NCBI GenBank assembly: GCA_035562135.1
Contig: DATMWS010000056.1
Span: forward strand, 1 to 57,739
Source: Thiobacillus sp.
GTDB lineage: Bacteria > Pseudomonadota > Gammaproteobacteria > Burkholderiales > Thiobacillaceae
Direction of reading: 5' to 3'
DNA length: 57,739 nucleotides
In this document: positions 8,969 to 20,425 of the stretch, piece after piece
Numbering within the stretch: the stretch's first letter is position 1
How the letters are laid out: the number at the start of each line of letters is the position of its first letter
Translations under genes and position numbers: made by a program
Notes under the pieces: model-generated
Databases searched by the model: none
What the model was told of the DNA's origin: nothing
What the model saw: only the letters and a program-made list of their open reading frames with translations

Positions 8969-9283
8969 CTAAGCAAAATGGCAGACGTAGTGATACGGCT
9001 CGCCGGCGACTTCAATTTCGAAGCTCGAATTGCCCGGCACACAGAACGACTCGCCGACGCCATAGGTTTTCCACCCGCTCTCGCCCGCCAGCTTGACCCG
9101 GCATGATCCCGCGACCGTTTCGATGGTTTCCGGCACGCCGGTGTTGAAGGTGAGCGTGGACGGCAGGATCACCCCCACCGATTTCTTGCTGCCGTCGGCA
9201 AGCGTGAGGCTGTGCGACACGCATTTGCCGTCGAAATAGACGTTGGCCTTGGACACGACCGATACATTGTTGAACTGGCTCAT
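8969..9283 (-). CDS. ppnP: Pyrimidine/purine nucleoside phosphorylase (DUF1255)
   Basis: [29 protein letters not shown]. Confidence 0.92.
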   Translation of the reverse strand: MSQFNNVSVVSKANVYFDGKCVSHSLTLADGSKKSVGVILPSTLTFNTGVPETIETVAGSCRVKLAGESGWKTYGVGESFCVPGNSSFEIEVAGEPYHYVCHFA

Positions 9284-9313
9284 GCTAATTCTGAATCCCT
9301 TAAAAAGTGGCGC

Positions 9314-10543
9314 TTACCCTTGACGAGACCGTTGCTTCGCCGCTATCCGCAGGCGCAGCGCGTTGAGTTTGATGAAGCCGCCCGCGTCCTTCTGATCGTA
9401 CGCACCGGCGTCGTCTTCGAACGTGGCAATGGTGGCGTCGAACAGCGAGTCGGTTTTCGAGTCACGGCCGACCACGCTGACGCCGCCCTTGTAGAGCTTG
9501 AGCCGCACGCTGCCGTTGACATGGGCCTGGGTGTGGTCGATCAGCGTCTGCAGCGCCACCCGCTCGGGCGCCCACCAGTAGCCGTTATAGATCAGGCTGG
9601 CGTAGCGCGGCATCAGGTCGTCCTTCAGGTGGGCGACTTCGCGGTCGAGGGTGATGGATTCGATGGCGCGGTGGCCCTTCAGGAGAATGGTGCCGCCGGG
9701 GGTTTCATAGCAGCCGCGCGACTTCATGCCGACGTAGCGGTTTTCCACCAGGTCGAGCCGGCCGATGCCGTGCTTGCCGCCGAGCTCGTTCAATTTCGCC
9801 AGGACTTCGTGCGCCTTCATGGCCTCGCCGTTGACCGCCACCACGTCGCCGCGCACGTAATCCAGCGTGACATATTCGGATGCATCGGGTGCCTTTTCCG
9901 GCGACACGGTCCAGCGCCACATGTCTTCCTCCGCCTCGGCATTGGGGTCTTCCAGATGGCGACCTTCGTAGGAGATGTGCAGCAGGTTGGCGTCCATCGA
10001 ATACGGCGAGCCACCCTGGCGATGCTTCATGTCGATGGGGATGCCGTGGGTCTCGGCGTAGGCAAGCAGCTTCTCGCGGGAGAGCAGATCCCATTCGCGC
10101 CAAGGGGCGATCACCTTGATATCGGGCTTCAAAGCATACGCGCCGAGCTCGAAGCGCACCTGGTCGTTACCCTTGCCGGTGGCGCCGTGGCAGATGGCGT
10201 CGGCGCCCGTTTCATTGACGATGTCGATCAGGCGCTTGGCAATCAGCGGCCTCGCGATCGAGGTGCCGAGCAGGTACTCGCCCTCGTACACGGTGTTGGC
10301 GCGAAACATCGGGAAGACGAAATCGCGCACGAATTCCTCGCGCAGATCGTCGATGTAAATTTGCTCCGGCTTGATGCCGAACTGCAGCGCCTTGGCGCGC
10401 GCCGGTTCGAGTTCCTCGCCTTGGCCGAGGTCGGCGGTGAAGGTCACCACTTCGCACTGGTAGGTGTCCTGCAGCCACTTGAGGATGACCGAGGTATCGA
10501 GGCCGCCGGAATAGGCCAGCACAACTTTCTTGATGTCGCTCAT
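9314..10543 (-). CDS. argG: Argininosuccinate synthase
   Basis: [32 protein letters not shown]; start MSDIKK at 10543. Confidence 0.98.
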   Translation of the reverse strand: MSDIKKVVLAYSGGLDTSVILKWLQDTYQCEVVTFTADLGQGEELEPARAKALQFGIKPEQIYIDDLREEFVRDFVFPMFRANTVYEGEYLLGTSIARPLIAKRLIDIVNETGADAICHGATGKGNDQVRFELGAYALKPDIKVIAPWREWDLLSREKLLAYAETHGIPIDMKHRQGGSPYSMDANLLHISYEGRHLEDPNAEAEEDMWRWTVSPEKAPDASEYVTLDYVRGDVVAVNGEAMKAHEVLAKLNELGGKHGIGRLDLVENRYVGMKSRGCYETPGGTILLKGHRAIESITLDREVAHLKDDLMPRYASLIYNGYWWAPERVALQTLIDHTQAHVNGSVRLKLYKGGVSVVGRDSKTDSLFDATIATFEDDAGAYDQKDAGGFIKLNALRLRIAAKQRSRQG

Positions 10544-10554
10544 GGTGTGTGGGT

Positions 10555-10794
10555 TCAGTGAGTGGAGCCGGAGGTGTTCTTGTCGATGATTTCGACCTGG
10601 CCTGGGAAGCCGCCGATCTTCAGGATATCGAGGTTGGTGGCCTGGCTGGCTTTTTCGATTTCGATTTCGACCACGCGGCCGTCTTCCGACAGGTTGAGCA
10701 CGATGCCCTTGTGCGCTTCCCACGCCTGCGCGGGGCTTTCAGGACTGATTTCGACATAGAGCGAATCCATGTCCTTAAAGTAGGCGATGTTCAT
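10555..10794 (-). CDS. DUF2283 family small protein
   Basis: [16 protein letters not shown]...[21 protein letters not shown] matches the DUF2283 pattern. Confidence 0.75.
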   Translation of the reverse strand: MNIAYFKDMDSLYVEISPESPAQAWEAHKGIVLNLSEDGRVVEIEIEKASQATNLDILKIGGFPGQVEIIDKNTSGSTH

Positions 10795-10796
10795 GT

Positions 10797-11714
10797 TCAG
10801 CTTTCTATTTTTCCGAGTAATAAATATTCCATCAGCGCCTTCTGCACGTGCAGGCGGTTTTCGGCCTCGTCCCACACCACCGACTGCGGACCGTCGATCA
10901 CCTCGGCGGTGACTTCCTCGCCACGGTGCGCCGGCAGGCAGTGCATGAAGACGGCATCGGATTTCGCCACCTGCATCATCTCGGCATCGACCTGCCAGTC
11001 GGCGAAGTCTTTCATCCGCTCGTCGTTTTCCGCTTCCCAGCCCATGCTGGTCCACACGTCGGTGGTCACCAGATCAGCGCCGCGGCAGGCGTCCATCGGA
11101 TCGGCGAAGCTCTCGAAATTATCGGTGCCGTAGAGTCCCGCGCGTTCCGGTTCGACTTCATAACCCGGCGGGGTCGACACGTGCACGTTGAAATCGAGCA
11201 CTTCGGCCGCCTGCAGCCAGGTGTTGCACATGTTGTTGGAGTCGCCGACCCACGCCACGGTCTTGCCCTTGATCGAGCCGCGATGCTCGATGAAGGTGAA
11301 GATGTCGGCGAGGATCTGGCACGGATGATATTCGTTGGTGAGCCCGTTGATCACCGGCACCCGCGAGTGCGCGGCAAAGCGCTCGATGATCTCCTGCTCG
11401 TAGGTGCGGATCATCACGATGTCGACCATGCGCGAAATGACCTCGCCTGCGTCTTCCACCGGCTCGCCGCGCCCCAGCTGGGTGTCGCGCGTGTTGAGAT
11501 AGATCGCGGTGCCGCCAAGCTGGTGCATCCCCGCCTCGAACGAGAGCCGGGTGCGGGTCGAGCTTTTCTCGAAAATCATTGCCAGCGTGCGGTCGACCAG
11601 CGGGTGATACGGCTGATAGCGCTTGAAGCGGCTCTTGATTACCCGCGTGCGCTCGAACAGGTACTGCAGCTCGTCGCGCGTCAGATCCTTGAATTGCAGA
11701 AAATGCTTCAGCAT
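10797..11714 (-). CDS. argF: Ornithine carbamoyltransferase
   Basis: SSTRTR, HPCQ, TDVWTSMG, HCLP; start MLKHFLQ at 11714. Confidence 0.98.
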   Translation of the reverse strand: MLKHFLQFKDLTRDELQYLFERTRVIKSRFKRYQPYHPLVDRTLAMIFEKSSTRTRLSFEAGMHQLGGTAIYLNTRDTQLGRGEPVEDAGEVISRMVDIVMIRTYEQEIIERFAAHSRVPVINGLTNEYHPCQILADIFTFIEHRGSIKGKTVAWVGDSNNMCNTWLQAAEVLDFNVHVSTPPGYEVEPERAGLYGTDNFESFADPMDACRGADLVTTDVWTSMGWEAENDERMKDFADWQVDAEMMQVAKSDAVFMHCLPAHRGEEVTAEVIDGPQSVVWDEAENRLHVQKALMEYLLLGKIES

Positions 11715-12895
11715 CACGCCGCCTGCTGCAGGTAGTTTTTGACGATGCCGGACACCGCATTGACCAGCGCATCGACCTCGGCCGCGCCATAAATCAGCGG
11801 CGGCACCAGGCGGATGACCGTGTCGGCGGTGACGTTGATCAGCACGCCGGCGTCGCGCGCCACCGCCACCAGTTCGGCACACGGGCGGTCGAGTTCGATG
11901 CCGATCATCATGCCTTCGCCACGGATGTCGACCACGCCGTGTACGCCGCCAAGCGCCTGGCGCAGGCCGCTGCGGATGGCCTCGCCGCGCACGCGCGCGT
12001 TGTCGAGCAGCTTCTCTTCCTCGATCGCATCGAGCGTCGCCAGCGCCGCCGCGCAAGCCAGCGGGTTACCGCCAAACGTTGAGCCATGATTACCCGGCTG
12101 AAAAACCTCGGCCGCCGCACCGCGCGCGAGACAGGCGCCGATCGGCATCCCCGAGCCGAGGCCCTTGGCCAGCGCGATCACGTCGGGCATCACGCCGGAA
12201 TGCTGGAAGCCGAACCAGGTGCCGGTGCGGCCAATGCCGGTCTGCACCTCATCCAGCATCAGCAGCCAGCCGTGGGCGTCGCAAATGGCGCGCAACTCAG
12301 CCAGATAGTCGGGCGCCAGCAGGTTGATGCCGCCTTCGCCCTGCACCACTTCGACCAGTACTGCGACCACGCTCTTGTTGTGCTCGGCGACGTGGCGAAT
12401 CGCCTCCAGGTCGTTGAACGGCACCCGCGCAAAGCCCGACAGCAGCGGCTCGAATCCCGCCTGGATCTTGCGGCTGCCGGTCGCGGTCAGCGTCGCCATG
12501 GTGCGGCCGTGAAAGGCCTTTTCCATCACGATGATGGTCGGCACTTCGACCCCCTTGCCGTGGCCATACAGGCGCGCCAGCTTGATCGCCGCCTCGTTGG
12601 CCTCGCAGCCCGAGTTGCAGAAGAACGCACGGTCCATGCCCGACAGCGCGCACAGCCGGTCGGCCAGTTCTTCCTGGCGCAGCACGCGATACAGGTTGGA
12701 CGAATGGATCAAGGTCGCGGCCTGGTCGGCAATCGCCTTAACCAGTTTCGGATGGGCATGGCCCAGCCCGTTCACCGCCACGCCGGCGACCGCGTCGAGA
12801 TAACGCTTGCCGGATTCGTCCCACAGGTAGGCGCCTTCGCCGCGCACGAATGCAACCGGCTGCCGCGTATAGGTGTTCATCAAATGTGTAGTCAT
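11714..12895 (-). CDS. argD: Acetylornithine aminotransferase
   Basis: FHGRT, DEVQTGIGRTG, AKGLG, HGSTFGGNP; start MTTHLMNTY at 12895. Confidence 0.96.
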   Translation of the reverse strand: MTTHLMNTYTRQPVAFVRGEGAYLWDESGKRYLDAVAGVAVNGLGHAHPKLVKAIADQAATLIHSSNLYRVLRQEELADRLCALSGMDRAFFCNSGCEANEAAIKLARLYGHGKGVEVPTIIVMEKAFHGRTMATLTATGSRKIQAGFEPLLSGFARVPFNDLEAIRHVAEHNKSVVAVLVEVVQGEGGINLLAPDYLAELRAICDAHGWLLMLDEVQTGIGRTGTWFGFQHSGVMPDVIALAKGLGSGMPIGACLARGAAAEVFQPGNHGSTFGGNPLACAAALATLDAIEEEKLLDNARVRGEAIRSGLRQALGGVHGVVDIRGEGMMIGIELDRPCAELVAVARDAGVLINVTADTVIRLVPPLIYGAAEVDALVNAVSGIVKNYLQQAA

Positions 12896-12939
12896 GGCAG
12901 TCCCCAACCAGGCTGTCCCGAATAGCTGTACTTGGAATA

Positions 12940-12963
12940 GAAAACGGCGGCCAAAGCCGCCGT
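12940..12963 (-). terminator. Terminator-like hairpin upstream of argD
   Basis: Minus strand acggcggc-tttg-gccgccgt followed by TTTC. Confidence 0.55.
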
Positions 12964-12984
12964 ACTTGTCATGCAGCGCCTTGA

Positions 12985-13485
12985 TTATAGGCCGAAAAGC
13001 GCCCGGTGAGACCACCCGCCTGCCATGAAGAACAGCATGGGAATCGACAGCATGGTGTTGGTGCGGGATGCCAGGAAGGCTATGCGGCGCGCCTTGTTCT
13101 TCTCGTCGTCGGAAGCCGGCGTCATGCCCAGGATTTTCTTCTGGTTCGGCCAGATCAGCACCCAGACGTTGAACAGCATGATGGTGCCGAGCCAGGCGCC
13201 GATGCCGATCGGGCCCATGCCGTTGCGCAGCAGGAAGGCATCAACGAACAGCGGCCCCAACAGCGCGGCGCCGGCGAGCCAGGTCACCAACGCGGACCAG
13301 CGAAAGAACAGCAAGGCGCGCGGCGCGACGTGCTTGGTGATGCCGGCGGCAGTGCCGTCGGCGCCGGCATTTTTCAGTGCCGCCACCTGCACGAAATTGA
13401 AGTAATACAGCAGGCCAATCCACATCACGCCTGCCATGAAATGAATCCAGCGGGACAGCGCGGCAACCAGATCGATGTTTTCCAT
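12985..13485 (-). CDS. Urate-oxidase N-terminal (PuuD-like) membrane protein, standalone
   Basis: RWIHFMAGVMWIGLLYYFNFV, FRWSAL, GTIMLFNVWVLIWPNQKK, SRTNTMLSIPMLFFM; no cytochrome c domain. Confidence 0.82.
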   Translation of the reverse strand: MENIDLVAALSRWIHFMAGVMWIGLLYYFNFVQVAALKNAGADGTAAGITKHVAPRALLFFRWSALVTWLAGAALLGPLFVDAFLLRNGMGPIGIGAWLGTIMLFNVWVLIWPNQKKILGMTPASDDEKNKARRIAFLASRTNTMLSIPMLFFMAGGWSHRALFGL

Positions 13486-13496
13486 TGCTTATCCCC

Positions 13497-13592
13497 TTAT
13501 CCCAAAAAGTTTCTGGCAAAGACATACAACACGGCGGTGAGCACAACGCCGGCGATGACGGTGCCCCATAGTGAATCCAGCGGGTTTTTCAT
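13497..13592 (-). CDS. 31-aa single-TM small protein
   Basis: MKNPLDSLWGTVIAGVVLTAVLYVFARNFLG*, strong AAGGAGG RBS, stop 11 nt before the next gene; below the ORF-track cutoff. Confidence 0.78.
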   Translation of the reverse strand: MKNPLDSLWGTVIAGVVLTAVLYVFARNFLG

Positions 13593-13744
13593 GGTTCTCT
13601 CCTCCTTTGAATTGTTGACCATTTTGGTCGGATAAACCGGCGCCAGTATCTTAAAAATCTCACGCCCGCGCAAGCGACACCTCCAATTTACCCTTCTGGC
13701 TGCGTGCTAAAATCCGGCAACTCCTTACCGCCGCCTGCCCACTC

Positions 13745-14026
13745 ATGGATGACGCTTCCGCCAACGCCCCCTTCATCATTCGCGGCCTCACCACCAAGGG
13801 CAGCCGCTTTCGGCCGAGCGACTGGGCCGATCGCCTGGCGGGTGCGTTCGCGGTGATTGATCCCAACAACCGCACCAATTATTCACCGTACGTGCAACCC
13901 ACCACGCTGGACGGCATCCCCTGCGTGGTGGTGGACAAAAAGCTCAAGGCGTCCGACCCCACCGCCTATCGTTTTTTGCAGACCTTTGCCGAGAGCAACG
14001 AATTGCTAACCGAAAACGCTGACTGA
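13745..14026 (+). CDS. DUF3579 family protein
   Basis: IIRGLT..G.RFRPSDWADRL, YSPYVQP, FL..FA..N.L. Confidence 0.88.
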   Translation: MDDASANAPFIIRGLTTKGSRFRPSDWADRLAGAFAVIDPNNRTNYSPYVQPTTLDGIPCVVVDKKLKASDPTAYRFLQTFAESNELLTENAD

Positions 14027-14049
14027 ACCCTCGGTACCCAGGCACGGAA

Positions 14050-14084
14050 AATAAAAAACGCCGCAAATGCGGCGTTTTTTTATT
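14050..14084. terminator. Bidirectional rho-independent terminator
   Basis: aataaaaaacgccgca-aa-tgcggcgtttttttatt between convergent genes. Confidence 0.9.
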
Positions 14085-14108
14085 GTGCTGCGCTGCAGCG
14101 CCAGGCGC

Positions 14109-14372
14109 TCAGGCCATGCTTTTGACCGCCAGAGACAGGCGGCTCTTGTGGCGTGAAGCCTTGTTCTTGTGAACGATTTTCTTGTCAGCGATGCTGTCGA
14201 TCAGGCTCATGGAAGTCTGAAAAACCTGCTGCGCCGCGGCCTTGTCGCCGGCTTCGATCGCTTTGCGCACTTTCTTGATGGCGGTGCGCAATTCCGAACG
14301 CTGGCTCATGTTGCTGTCGCGCTGGGCGCTGGCTTGACGTGCGCGCTTGCGCGCCTGGGCGGAGTTCGCCAT
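14109..14372 (-). CDS. rpsT: 30S ribosomal protein S20
   Basis: [13 protein letters not shown]...[12 protein letters not shown]; AGGAG RBS. Confidence 0.98.
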   Translation of the reverse strand: MANSAQARKRARQASAQRDSNMSQRSELRTAIKKVRKAIEAGDKAAAQQVFQTSMSLIDSIADKKIVHKNKASRHKSRLSLAVKSMA

Positions 14373-14539
14373 ATGTTCTGCTCCTAATAAGCCCAGCCGG
14401 AGGCGGGGCATTTGATCACTAAGCACCCTGCACAATGGGCAGGGAAAAATTAATCTAGGCACCCCGCCCTTCAGGCGAGGCAATTAAATCTTGAATCTGT
14501 CGCCCTGTTTGCCACGAGGCAGATTCACCAAAGCCCGCG

Positions 14540-14569
14540 ATTGTACGGGAAACCCCCGCCACAAATCAA
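14540..14569 (-). promoter_or_regulatory. Sigma70-type promoter of rpsT
   Basis: TTGATT-N18-TACAAT followed by a GC-rich discriminator. Confidence 0.55.
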
Positions 14570-14636
14570 GCGGATTTTCCATGAGGTTGCAGTTGGCCCG
14601 CCCGCCCCCCACAATGCGCGCAAAACGCCACCACCC

Positions 14637-16175
14637 ATGAACCTTCTCAAAGCCCTCGCTGCGGTCAGCAGCATGACCCTGCTTTCCCGCATCCTGGGAT
14701 TCGCGCGCGACGCCATCATCGCCCGCGTGTTCGGCGCCGGACTCCTGACCGACGCGTTCTTCGTCGCCTTCAAAATCCCCAACCTGCTGCGGCGCCTGTT
14801 TGCCGAGGGCGCATTCTCGCAGGCCTTCGTACCCATCCTCGCGGAGTACAAGAACCGCCGCGGCCATGACGCCACCCAAACCCTGGTCAACCAGGTCGGC
14901 ACCGCACTGACGCTGGCGCTGGTCGTGGTCGCCCTGCTGGGCGTGGTGGGCGCGCCGTGGGTGGCCTATGTCAGCGCGCCAGGGTTCCGCGCCGACCCGG
15001 ACAAGTTCGAGCTCACCGTCACCCTGCTGCGCATCACCTTTCCCTACATCATCTTTATCTCGCTGGTGGCGCTGGCAGCGGGCATTCTCAACACCCACAG
15101 CAAATTCTCGGTGCCGGCGTTTGCGCCGGTGCTGCTCAACGTCGCCATGATCGCCGCCACGCTGTGGCTGGCGCCCTACTTCGATCCGCCGGTGCTGGCG
15201 CTGGGCTGGGGTGTGGCGATCGGCGGGGTGCTGCAACTGGCCTGGATGCTGCCGCATCTGCTGAAAATCCGCATGCTGCCGCGCCCCACCCGGCGCTTCG
15301 ACGATCCCGGCCTCAAGCGCGTCCTGAAGCTGATGGCCCCTGCAACGCTGGGCGTCTCGGTCGCCCAGATCAGCCTGCTGATCAACACCATCTTCGCCTC
15401 CTTCCTCGCCAGCGGCAGTGTGTCGTGGCTGTATTACGCCGACCGCCTGATGGAGTTCCCCGCCGGCATGCTGGGGGTGGCGCTGGGGACCATCCTGCTG
15501 CCCAGCCTGGCCAAGCACTATGCCGACGATAACCCAGCCGACTATTCGAAGCTGCTCGACTGGGGCCTGCGCCTGACCCTGCTGCTCGCGCTGCCCGCTG
15601 CCGCTGCGCTGGCGGTACTGGCGGTGCCGCTCATCACCACGCTGTTTCACTACGGGGCCTTCAACGCGAATGACGTGACCATGACCCAGCGGGCGCTGGT
15701 CGCCTACAGCCTGGGGCTGGTCGGACTGATCCTGGTCAAGGTGCTGGCGCCCGGATTTTACGCCCGGCAGAACATCCGCACCCCGGTCAAGGTCGCCCTC
15801 TTCACCCTGTTCGCCACCCAGATGATGAACCTCGCCTTCATCATCCCGCTCGGCCATGCCGGGCTGGCGCTGTCGATCGGCCTGGCGGCCTGTCTCAACG
15901 CCGGCTTGCTGCTGCATCTGCTGAAAAAACAGCAGATTTACCAGCCGCAACCGGGCTGGACCGGCTATTTCCTGCGCGTGCTGCTGGCCGCCGCGCTGAT
16001 GGCGGCGATGCTTTTCTATGCCATGGGCGAAGCACAGTGGTGGCTGGCGGCCGGCTTCCTCGACCGCATGATGCGGCTGGCGCTGCTGGTTAGCGGCGGC
16101 ATCGCACTGTATTTCGCCGCACTCGGCCTGATGGGCTTCCGCCCGCGCCAGTTCGCCCGGCGCGCGGCCGAATAA
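14637..16175 (+). CDS. murJ: Lipid II flippase MurJ
   Basis: MNLLKAL...[39 protein letters not shown]. Confidence 0.97.
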   Translation: MNLLKALAAVSSMTLLSRILGFARDAIIARVFGAGLLTDAFFVAFKIPNLLRRLFAEGAFSQAFVPILAEYKNRRGHDATQTLVNQVGTALTLALVVVALLGVVGAPWVAYVSAPGFRADPDKFELTVTLLRITFPYIIFISLVALAAGILNTHSKFSVPAFAPVLLNVAMIAATLWLAPYFDPPVLALGWGVAIGGVLQLAWMLPHLLKIRMLPRPTRRFDDPGLKRVLKLMAPATLGVSVAQISLLINTIFASFLASGSVSWLYYADRLMEFPAGMLGVALGTILLPSLAKHYADDNPADYSKLLDWGLRLTLLLALPAAAALAVLAVPLITTLFHYGAFNANDVTMTQRALVAYSLGLVGLILVKVLAPGFYARQNIRTPVKVALFTLFATQMMNLAFIIPLGHAGLALSIGLAACLNAGLLLHLLKKQQIYQPQPGWTGYFLRVLLAAALMAAMLFYAMGEAQWWLAAGFLDRMMRLALLVSGGIALYFAALGLMGFRPRQFARRAAE

Positions 16176-16241
16176 GGCTCCGAATCGGCTAGAATTGACC
16201 CCTTTCGGCGCCCGCTGCTTTATTTTTGCACCCATCAGGCA

Positions 16242-17174
16242 ATGCGCATTTCCCACGGCTTCACTCCCCTCGGCACGCCCCACGCGGTCACCATCGGCAA
16301 CTTCGACGGCCTGCACCTCGGCCACCAGGCCATGCTCGCCCGCCTGCAGGACGTGGCGCAGGCGCGTGGCCTGCCGAGTTGCGTGCTGAGCTTCGAGCCG
16401 CACCCACGCGAATTCTTCACCCCCGAGCAGGCGCCCGCGCGCCTGTCCAGCCTGCGCGAAAAAGCCGAGTGCCTGCAGCGGCAGGGGATCGACCGGCTGC
16501 ACGTGTTCCGTTTCGACCGCGCGTTCTCGGCCCTGTCCGCCGAGGCCTTCATCGAGCAGGTGCTGGGCCGCACCCTGCAGGCGCGCTATGTGCTGGTGGG
16601 CGACGATTTCCGCTACGGAGCCAAACGCGCGGGCGACTTCGCGCTGCTCGAAACGCTGGGCCAGTCGCTCGGCTTCGACGCCGAATTCCTGCCCACGGTC
16701 GAAGTCGCCGGCGAGCGCGCCTCGTCCACCGCGGTGCGCAGCGCGCTGGCCGCGGGCGAGCTTGAGCACGCCGCGCGCCTGCTGGGCCGGCCTTACAGCA
16801 TCTCGGGGCGCGTCGTGCATGGCGACAAGCTGGGACGCGACATCGGTTTTCCCACCGCCAACATCCAGCTCAAGCACAACCGGCCGCCGCTGCTGGGGAT
16901 TTTTGCGGTCGAACTCTACGGCCTCAATGGCGAGCCGTTGCCGGGGGCGGCCAGCCTGGGCAAGCGGCCGACGGTGAAAAAACCCGACGCCGCACCTGTG
17001 CTCGAAGTGCATCTGCTCGACTTCAATGCCGACATATACGGCCGTCGCGTGCGGGTGGATTTCCTGCACAAGCTGCGCGACGAAGCGAAATATCCCGACC
17101 TCGACAGCCTCGTCGCGCAGATCAAGCGCGATGTGGACAACGCCAAACAATTCTTGAAGCAACGTCATGCCTGA
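16242..17174 (+). CDS. ribF: Riboflavin kinase/FAD synthetase
   Basis: [23 protein letters not shown]. Confidence 0.98.
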   Translation: MRISHGFTPLGTPHAVTIGNFDGLHLGHQAMLARLQDVAQARGLPSCVLSFEPHPREFFTPEQAPARLSSLREKAECLQRQGIDRLHVFRFDRAFSALSAEAFIEQVLGRTLQARYVLVGDDFRYGAKRAGDFALLETLGQSLGFDAEFLPTVEVAGERASSTAVRSALAAGELEHAARLLGRPYSISGRVVHGDKLGRDIGFPTANIQLKHNRPPLLGIFAVELYGLNGEPLPGAASLGKRPTVKKPDAAPVLEVHLLDFNADIYGRRVRVDFLHKLRDEAKYPDLDSLVAQIKRDVDNAKQFLKQRHA

Positions 17175-19932
17175 CTATAAAAGCACGCTCAACCTGCCCG
17201 ACACCCCCTTCCCGATGCGCGGAGACCTCGCCAAGCGCGAGCCGGGCTGGGTCAAAAGCTGGCAAGAGAAAAAGCGCTACGAAGCCATCCGCACGGCCAC
17301 GGCCGGTCGCCCCAAGTTCATCCTGCACGACGGCCCGCCCTACGCCAACGGCGACATCCACATTGGCCACGCTGTCAACAAGATCCTCAAGGACATCATC
17401 GTCAAGGCCAAAACGCTGTCGGGCTTCGATGCGCCCTACGTGCCGGGCTGGGACTGCCACGGCCTGCCGATCGAACTGCAGGTGGAAAAAACCCACGGCA
17501 AGGCCATCCCCCCGGCCAGGTTCCGCGAACTGTGCCGCGCTTACGCCGCCGAGCAGATCGAACGGCAGAAGGCCGACTTCATTCGCCTGGGCGTGCTGGG
17601 CGACTGGGATCATCCCTACCGCACCATGGATTTCCAGTTCGAGGCCGACACCCTGCGCGTGCTGGGGCAGATCCAGGCAGCGGGCTACCTTTATCAGGGC
17701 GCCAAGCCGGTGCACTGGTGCGTGGACTGCGGCTCTGCGCTGGCCGAGGCCGAGGTCGAATACGAGGACAAGACCTCGCCCGCGATCGACGTCGGCTTTG
17801 CCGTGGCCGACCGCACCGATCTCGCGCACCGATTTGGCCTGAGCAGCATCGACGAACCCGTTCAAATGGTCATCTGGACCACCACGCCGTGGACGCTGCC
17901 GGCCAACCAGGCAGTGGCGTTGCACCCCGACTTTCAGTATGCGCTGGTGCGCACCACCAAAGGCCTGCTGATCCTGGCCGACAGCCTGACGGACGCGGCG
18001 CTGACGCGTTATGGCCTGAGTGACGGCGCTAAAGTCATTGCGCACACCACCGGCCAGGCGCTTGAAGGCGTGCTGCTGTGGCACCCGTTCCAGGAACGCC
18101 AGGTGCCGGTCATCGTGGGTGATCACGTTACTGCAGATGCCGGCACCGGCGCGGTGCACACCGCCCCCGGCCACGGCCTGGACGACTATGTCATCGGCAG
18201 CCGCTACGGCCTGAAAGTCGACAACCCGGTGGGCGACGACGGGCGTTTTTACGCCAACGTGCCACTGGTCGGCGGCATGAGCATCTGGCAGGCCAACCCG
18301 CTGATTCTCGACACACTCGCCGCCAGCGGCAACCTGCTGGCGCACGAAAAGCTGCTGCACAGCTACCCGCACTGCTGGCGCCACAAGACGCCGATCATTT
18401 TCCGCGCAACGCGGCAGTGGTTCATCGGCATGGAAATCGGGGGGCAGGGAACGCTGCGCGAGCAAGCCATGGCGGCGGTGGACGCCACCCAGTTCTTCCC
18501 GGCATGGGGACGCACGCGGCTGGAGGCGATGATCAAAAACCGCCCCGACTGGTGCGTCTCGCGCCAGCGCAACTGGGGCGTGCCGATGCCCTTCTTCACC
18601 CACAAGGAAACCGGCGAACTGCATCCCCGCACGGCAGAACTGCTGGAAACCGTCGCCCAGCGAGTCGAGCAGGCCGGCATCGAGGCCTGGTTCGCGCTCG
18701 ACCCGGCCGAGTTGCTGGGCGCCGACACCGCGCATTACAACAAGACCGGCCACACGCTCGACGTCTGGTTCGATTCGGGCGTCACCCACGCCTGCGTGCT
18801 GAAGCGCCGCCCCGAGCTCGCCCACCCCGCAGATCTCTATCTGGAAGGCTCGGACCAGCATCGCGGCTGGTTCCAGTCGTCACTGCTCACCGGCTGCGCC
18901 ACCGACGGCCGCGCGCCCTACCAGGCCTTGCTCACCCACGGCTTCGTGGTTGACGGCCGTGGCCACAAGATGAGCAAGTCGAAGGGCAACGTGGTCGCGC
19001 CGCAGAAGGTGATGGACCAGTACGGCGCCGACATCCTGCGGCTGTGGGTGGCGACCACCGACTACTCCGGCGAGCTCACCATCTCGGACGAAATCCTCAA
19101 GCGCGTGGTGGAAGGCTACCGGCGGATTCGCAACACGCTGAAATTCCTGCTCGCCAACCTGTCGGACTTCGACCCCGAGGTTCATGGTTTGCCGGTCGAG
19201 AGCTGGCTGGAAATCGACCGCTACGTGCTGGCGCTGACCCGAAAATTACAGGGCGAATTGCAGGCGCATTACGACGCCTACGAATTCCACTTCATCGTGC
19301 AGAAGCTGCAGAGCTTCTGCTCGGAGGACCTCGGCGGCTTCTACCTCGACATCCTGAAGGACCGCCTCTACACCAGCGGCGCCGACAGCCGCGCCCGGCG
19401 TGCTGCGCAGAACGCCCTGCATCAACTGACGCACGCGCTGGCGCGCTGGATGGCGCCGATCCTGTCGTTCACCGGCGAGGAAGTGTGGGCGCAACTGGAA
19501 GGCAAGGACAGCTCGGTGTTCCTGCATACCTGGCATGAACTGCCCGCGCAGGCCGACGAGGCAGGTCTGCTCGACTGCTGGACCAAAATCCGCGCTGGCC
19601 GTGCCGCTGTACAGAAGGAACTCGAAGCGGTCCGCATCGCGGGCGGCATCGGCTCCTCGTTGCAGGCCGAAGTCACGCTGTATGCCATCCCCGACACCTA
19701 TGCGATATATGCGCCACTGGGCGACGACCTGCGCTTCGTGTTGATCACCTCGCAGGCACGCCTAGTACCCGCCGAGGCCGACCGCATCGACGTCACCCCC
19801 AGCACCGCAAAAAAATGCGAGCGCTGCTGGCATTACCGCGACGACGTCGACGCGCACGCCGACCACCCCGGCCTGTGCGGGCGCTGCGTCAGCAATCTGC
19901 ACGGCGAAGGCGAGGCACGCATCCATGCTTGA
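17167..19932 (+). CDS. ileS: Isoleucine--tRNA ligase
   Basis: [20 protein letters not shown]-terminal CERCW...CGRC zinc finger. Confidence 0.99.
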   Translation: MPDYKSTLNLPDTPFPMRGDLAKREPGWVKSWQEKKRYEAIRTATAGRPKFILHDGPPYANGDIHIGHAVNKILKDIIVKAKTLSGFDAPYVPGWDCHGLPIELQVEKTHGKAIPPARFRELCRAYAAEQIERQKADFIRLGVLGDWDHPYRTMDFQFEADTLRVLGQIQAAGYLYQGAKPVHWCVDCGSALAEAEVEYEDKTSPAIDVGFAVADRTDLAHRFGLSSIDEPVQMVIWTTTPWTLPANQAVALHPDFQYALVRTTKGLLILADSLTDAALTRYGLSDGAKVIAHTTGQALEGVLLWHPFQERQVPVIVGDHVTADAGTGAVHTAPGHGLDDYVIGSRYGLKVDNPVGDDGRFYANVPLVGGMSIWQANPLILDTLAASGNLLAHEKLLHSYPHCWRHKTPIIFRATRQWFIGMEIGGQGTLREQAMAAVDATQFFPAWGRTRLEAMIKNRPDWCVSRQRNWGVPMPFFTHKETGELHPRTAELLETVAQRVEQAGIEAWFALDPAELLGADTAHYNKTGHTLDVWFDSGVTHACVLKRRPELAHPADLYLEGSDQHRGWFQSSLLTGCATDGRAPYQALLTHGFVVDGRGHKMSKSKGNVVAPQKVMDQYGADILRLWVATTDYSGELTISDEILKRVVEGYRRIRNTLKFLLANLSDFDPEVHGLPVESWLEIDRYVLALTRKLQGELQAHYDAYEFHFIVQKLQSFCSEDLGGFYLDILKDRLYTSGADSRARRAAQNALHQLTHALARWMAPILSFTGEEVWAQLEGKDSSVFLHTWHELPAQADEAGLLDCWTKIRAGRAAVQKELEAVRIAGGIGSSLQAEVTLYAIPDTYAIYAPLGDDLRFVLITSQARLVPAEADRIDVTPSTAKKCERCWHYRDDVDAHADHPGLCGRCVSNLHGEGEARIHA

Positions 19933-20425
19933 TGTCCTGACTCCCGCCCTGCGCAAATGGCTGGGCCTGGCCCTCGCCGTCATCGTCGTCGACCACCTCA
20001 CCAAATGGTGGGTGTCATCCACGCTCGACTATCAGGAATTCATCCCGGTGCTGCCGTTCTTTTCGCTGGTGCGGGTGCACAACGCCGGCGCGGCATTCAG
20101 TTTCCTGGCCGACGCCGGCGGCTGGCAGCGCTGGTTCTTCATCGCGGTGGGCATCATCGCCACCGCGATTATCGTGCGCCTCTTAAAACGCCACGTCGAC
20201 GAACCGCGACTGGCTTTTCCGCTGGCGCTGGTGCTCGGCGGCGCGCTCGGCAACGTCATCGACCGCGTGGTGCTGGGCCATGTGGTGGACTTTCTGTATT
20301 TCCACTACCACGGCTTTGCCTGGCCGGCATTCAACGTGGCGGATTCCGCCATCAGCGTCGGCGCCGCCCTGCTGATCTGGGACAGCCTGTTCGGCAAACC
20401 CGCGGCGCCGAAAAACGCATCATGA
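19925..20425 (+). CDS. lspA: Lipoprotein signal peptidase II
   Basis: [26 protein letters not shown]. Confidence 0.97.
   Translation: MLDVLTPALRKWLGLALAVIVVDHLTKWWVSSTLDYQEFIPVLPFFSLVRVHNAGAAFSFLADAGGWQRWFFIAVGIIATAIIVRLLKRHVDEPRLAFPLALVLGGALGNVIDRVVLGHVVDFLYFHYHGFAWPAFNVADSAISVGAALLIWDSLFGKPAAPKNAS

Noticed and set aside
9314-13015. Long N-terminal extensions of argG, argF and argD in the ORF track
   Set aside because: They overlap upstream genes; internal starts match family N-termini
14484-17168. 894-aa minus-strand ORF
   Set aside because: Antisense shadow of murJ-ribF caused by high-GC codon bias; no recognisable motifs
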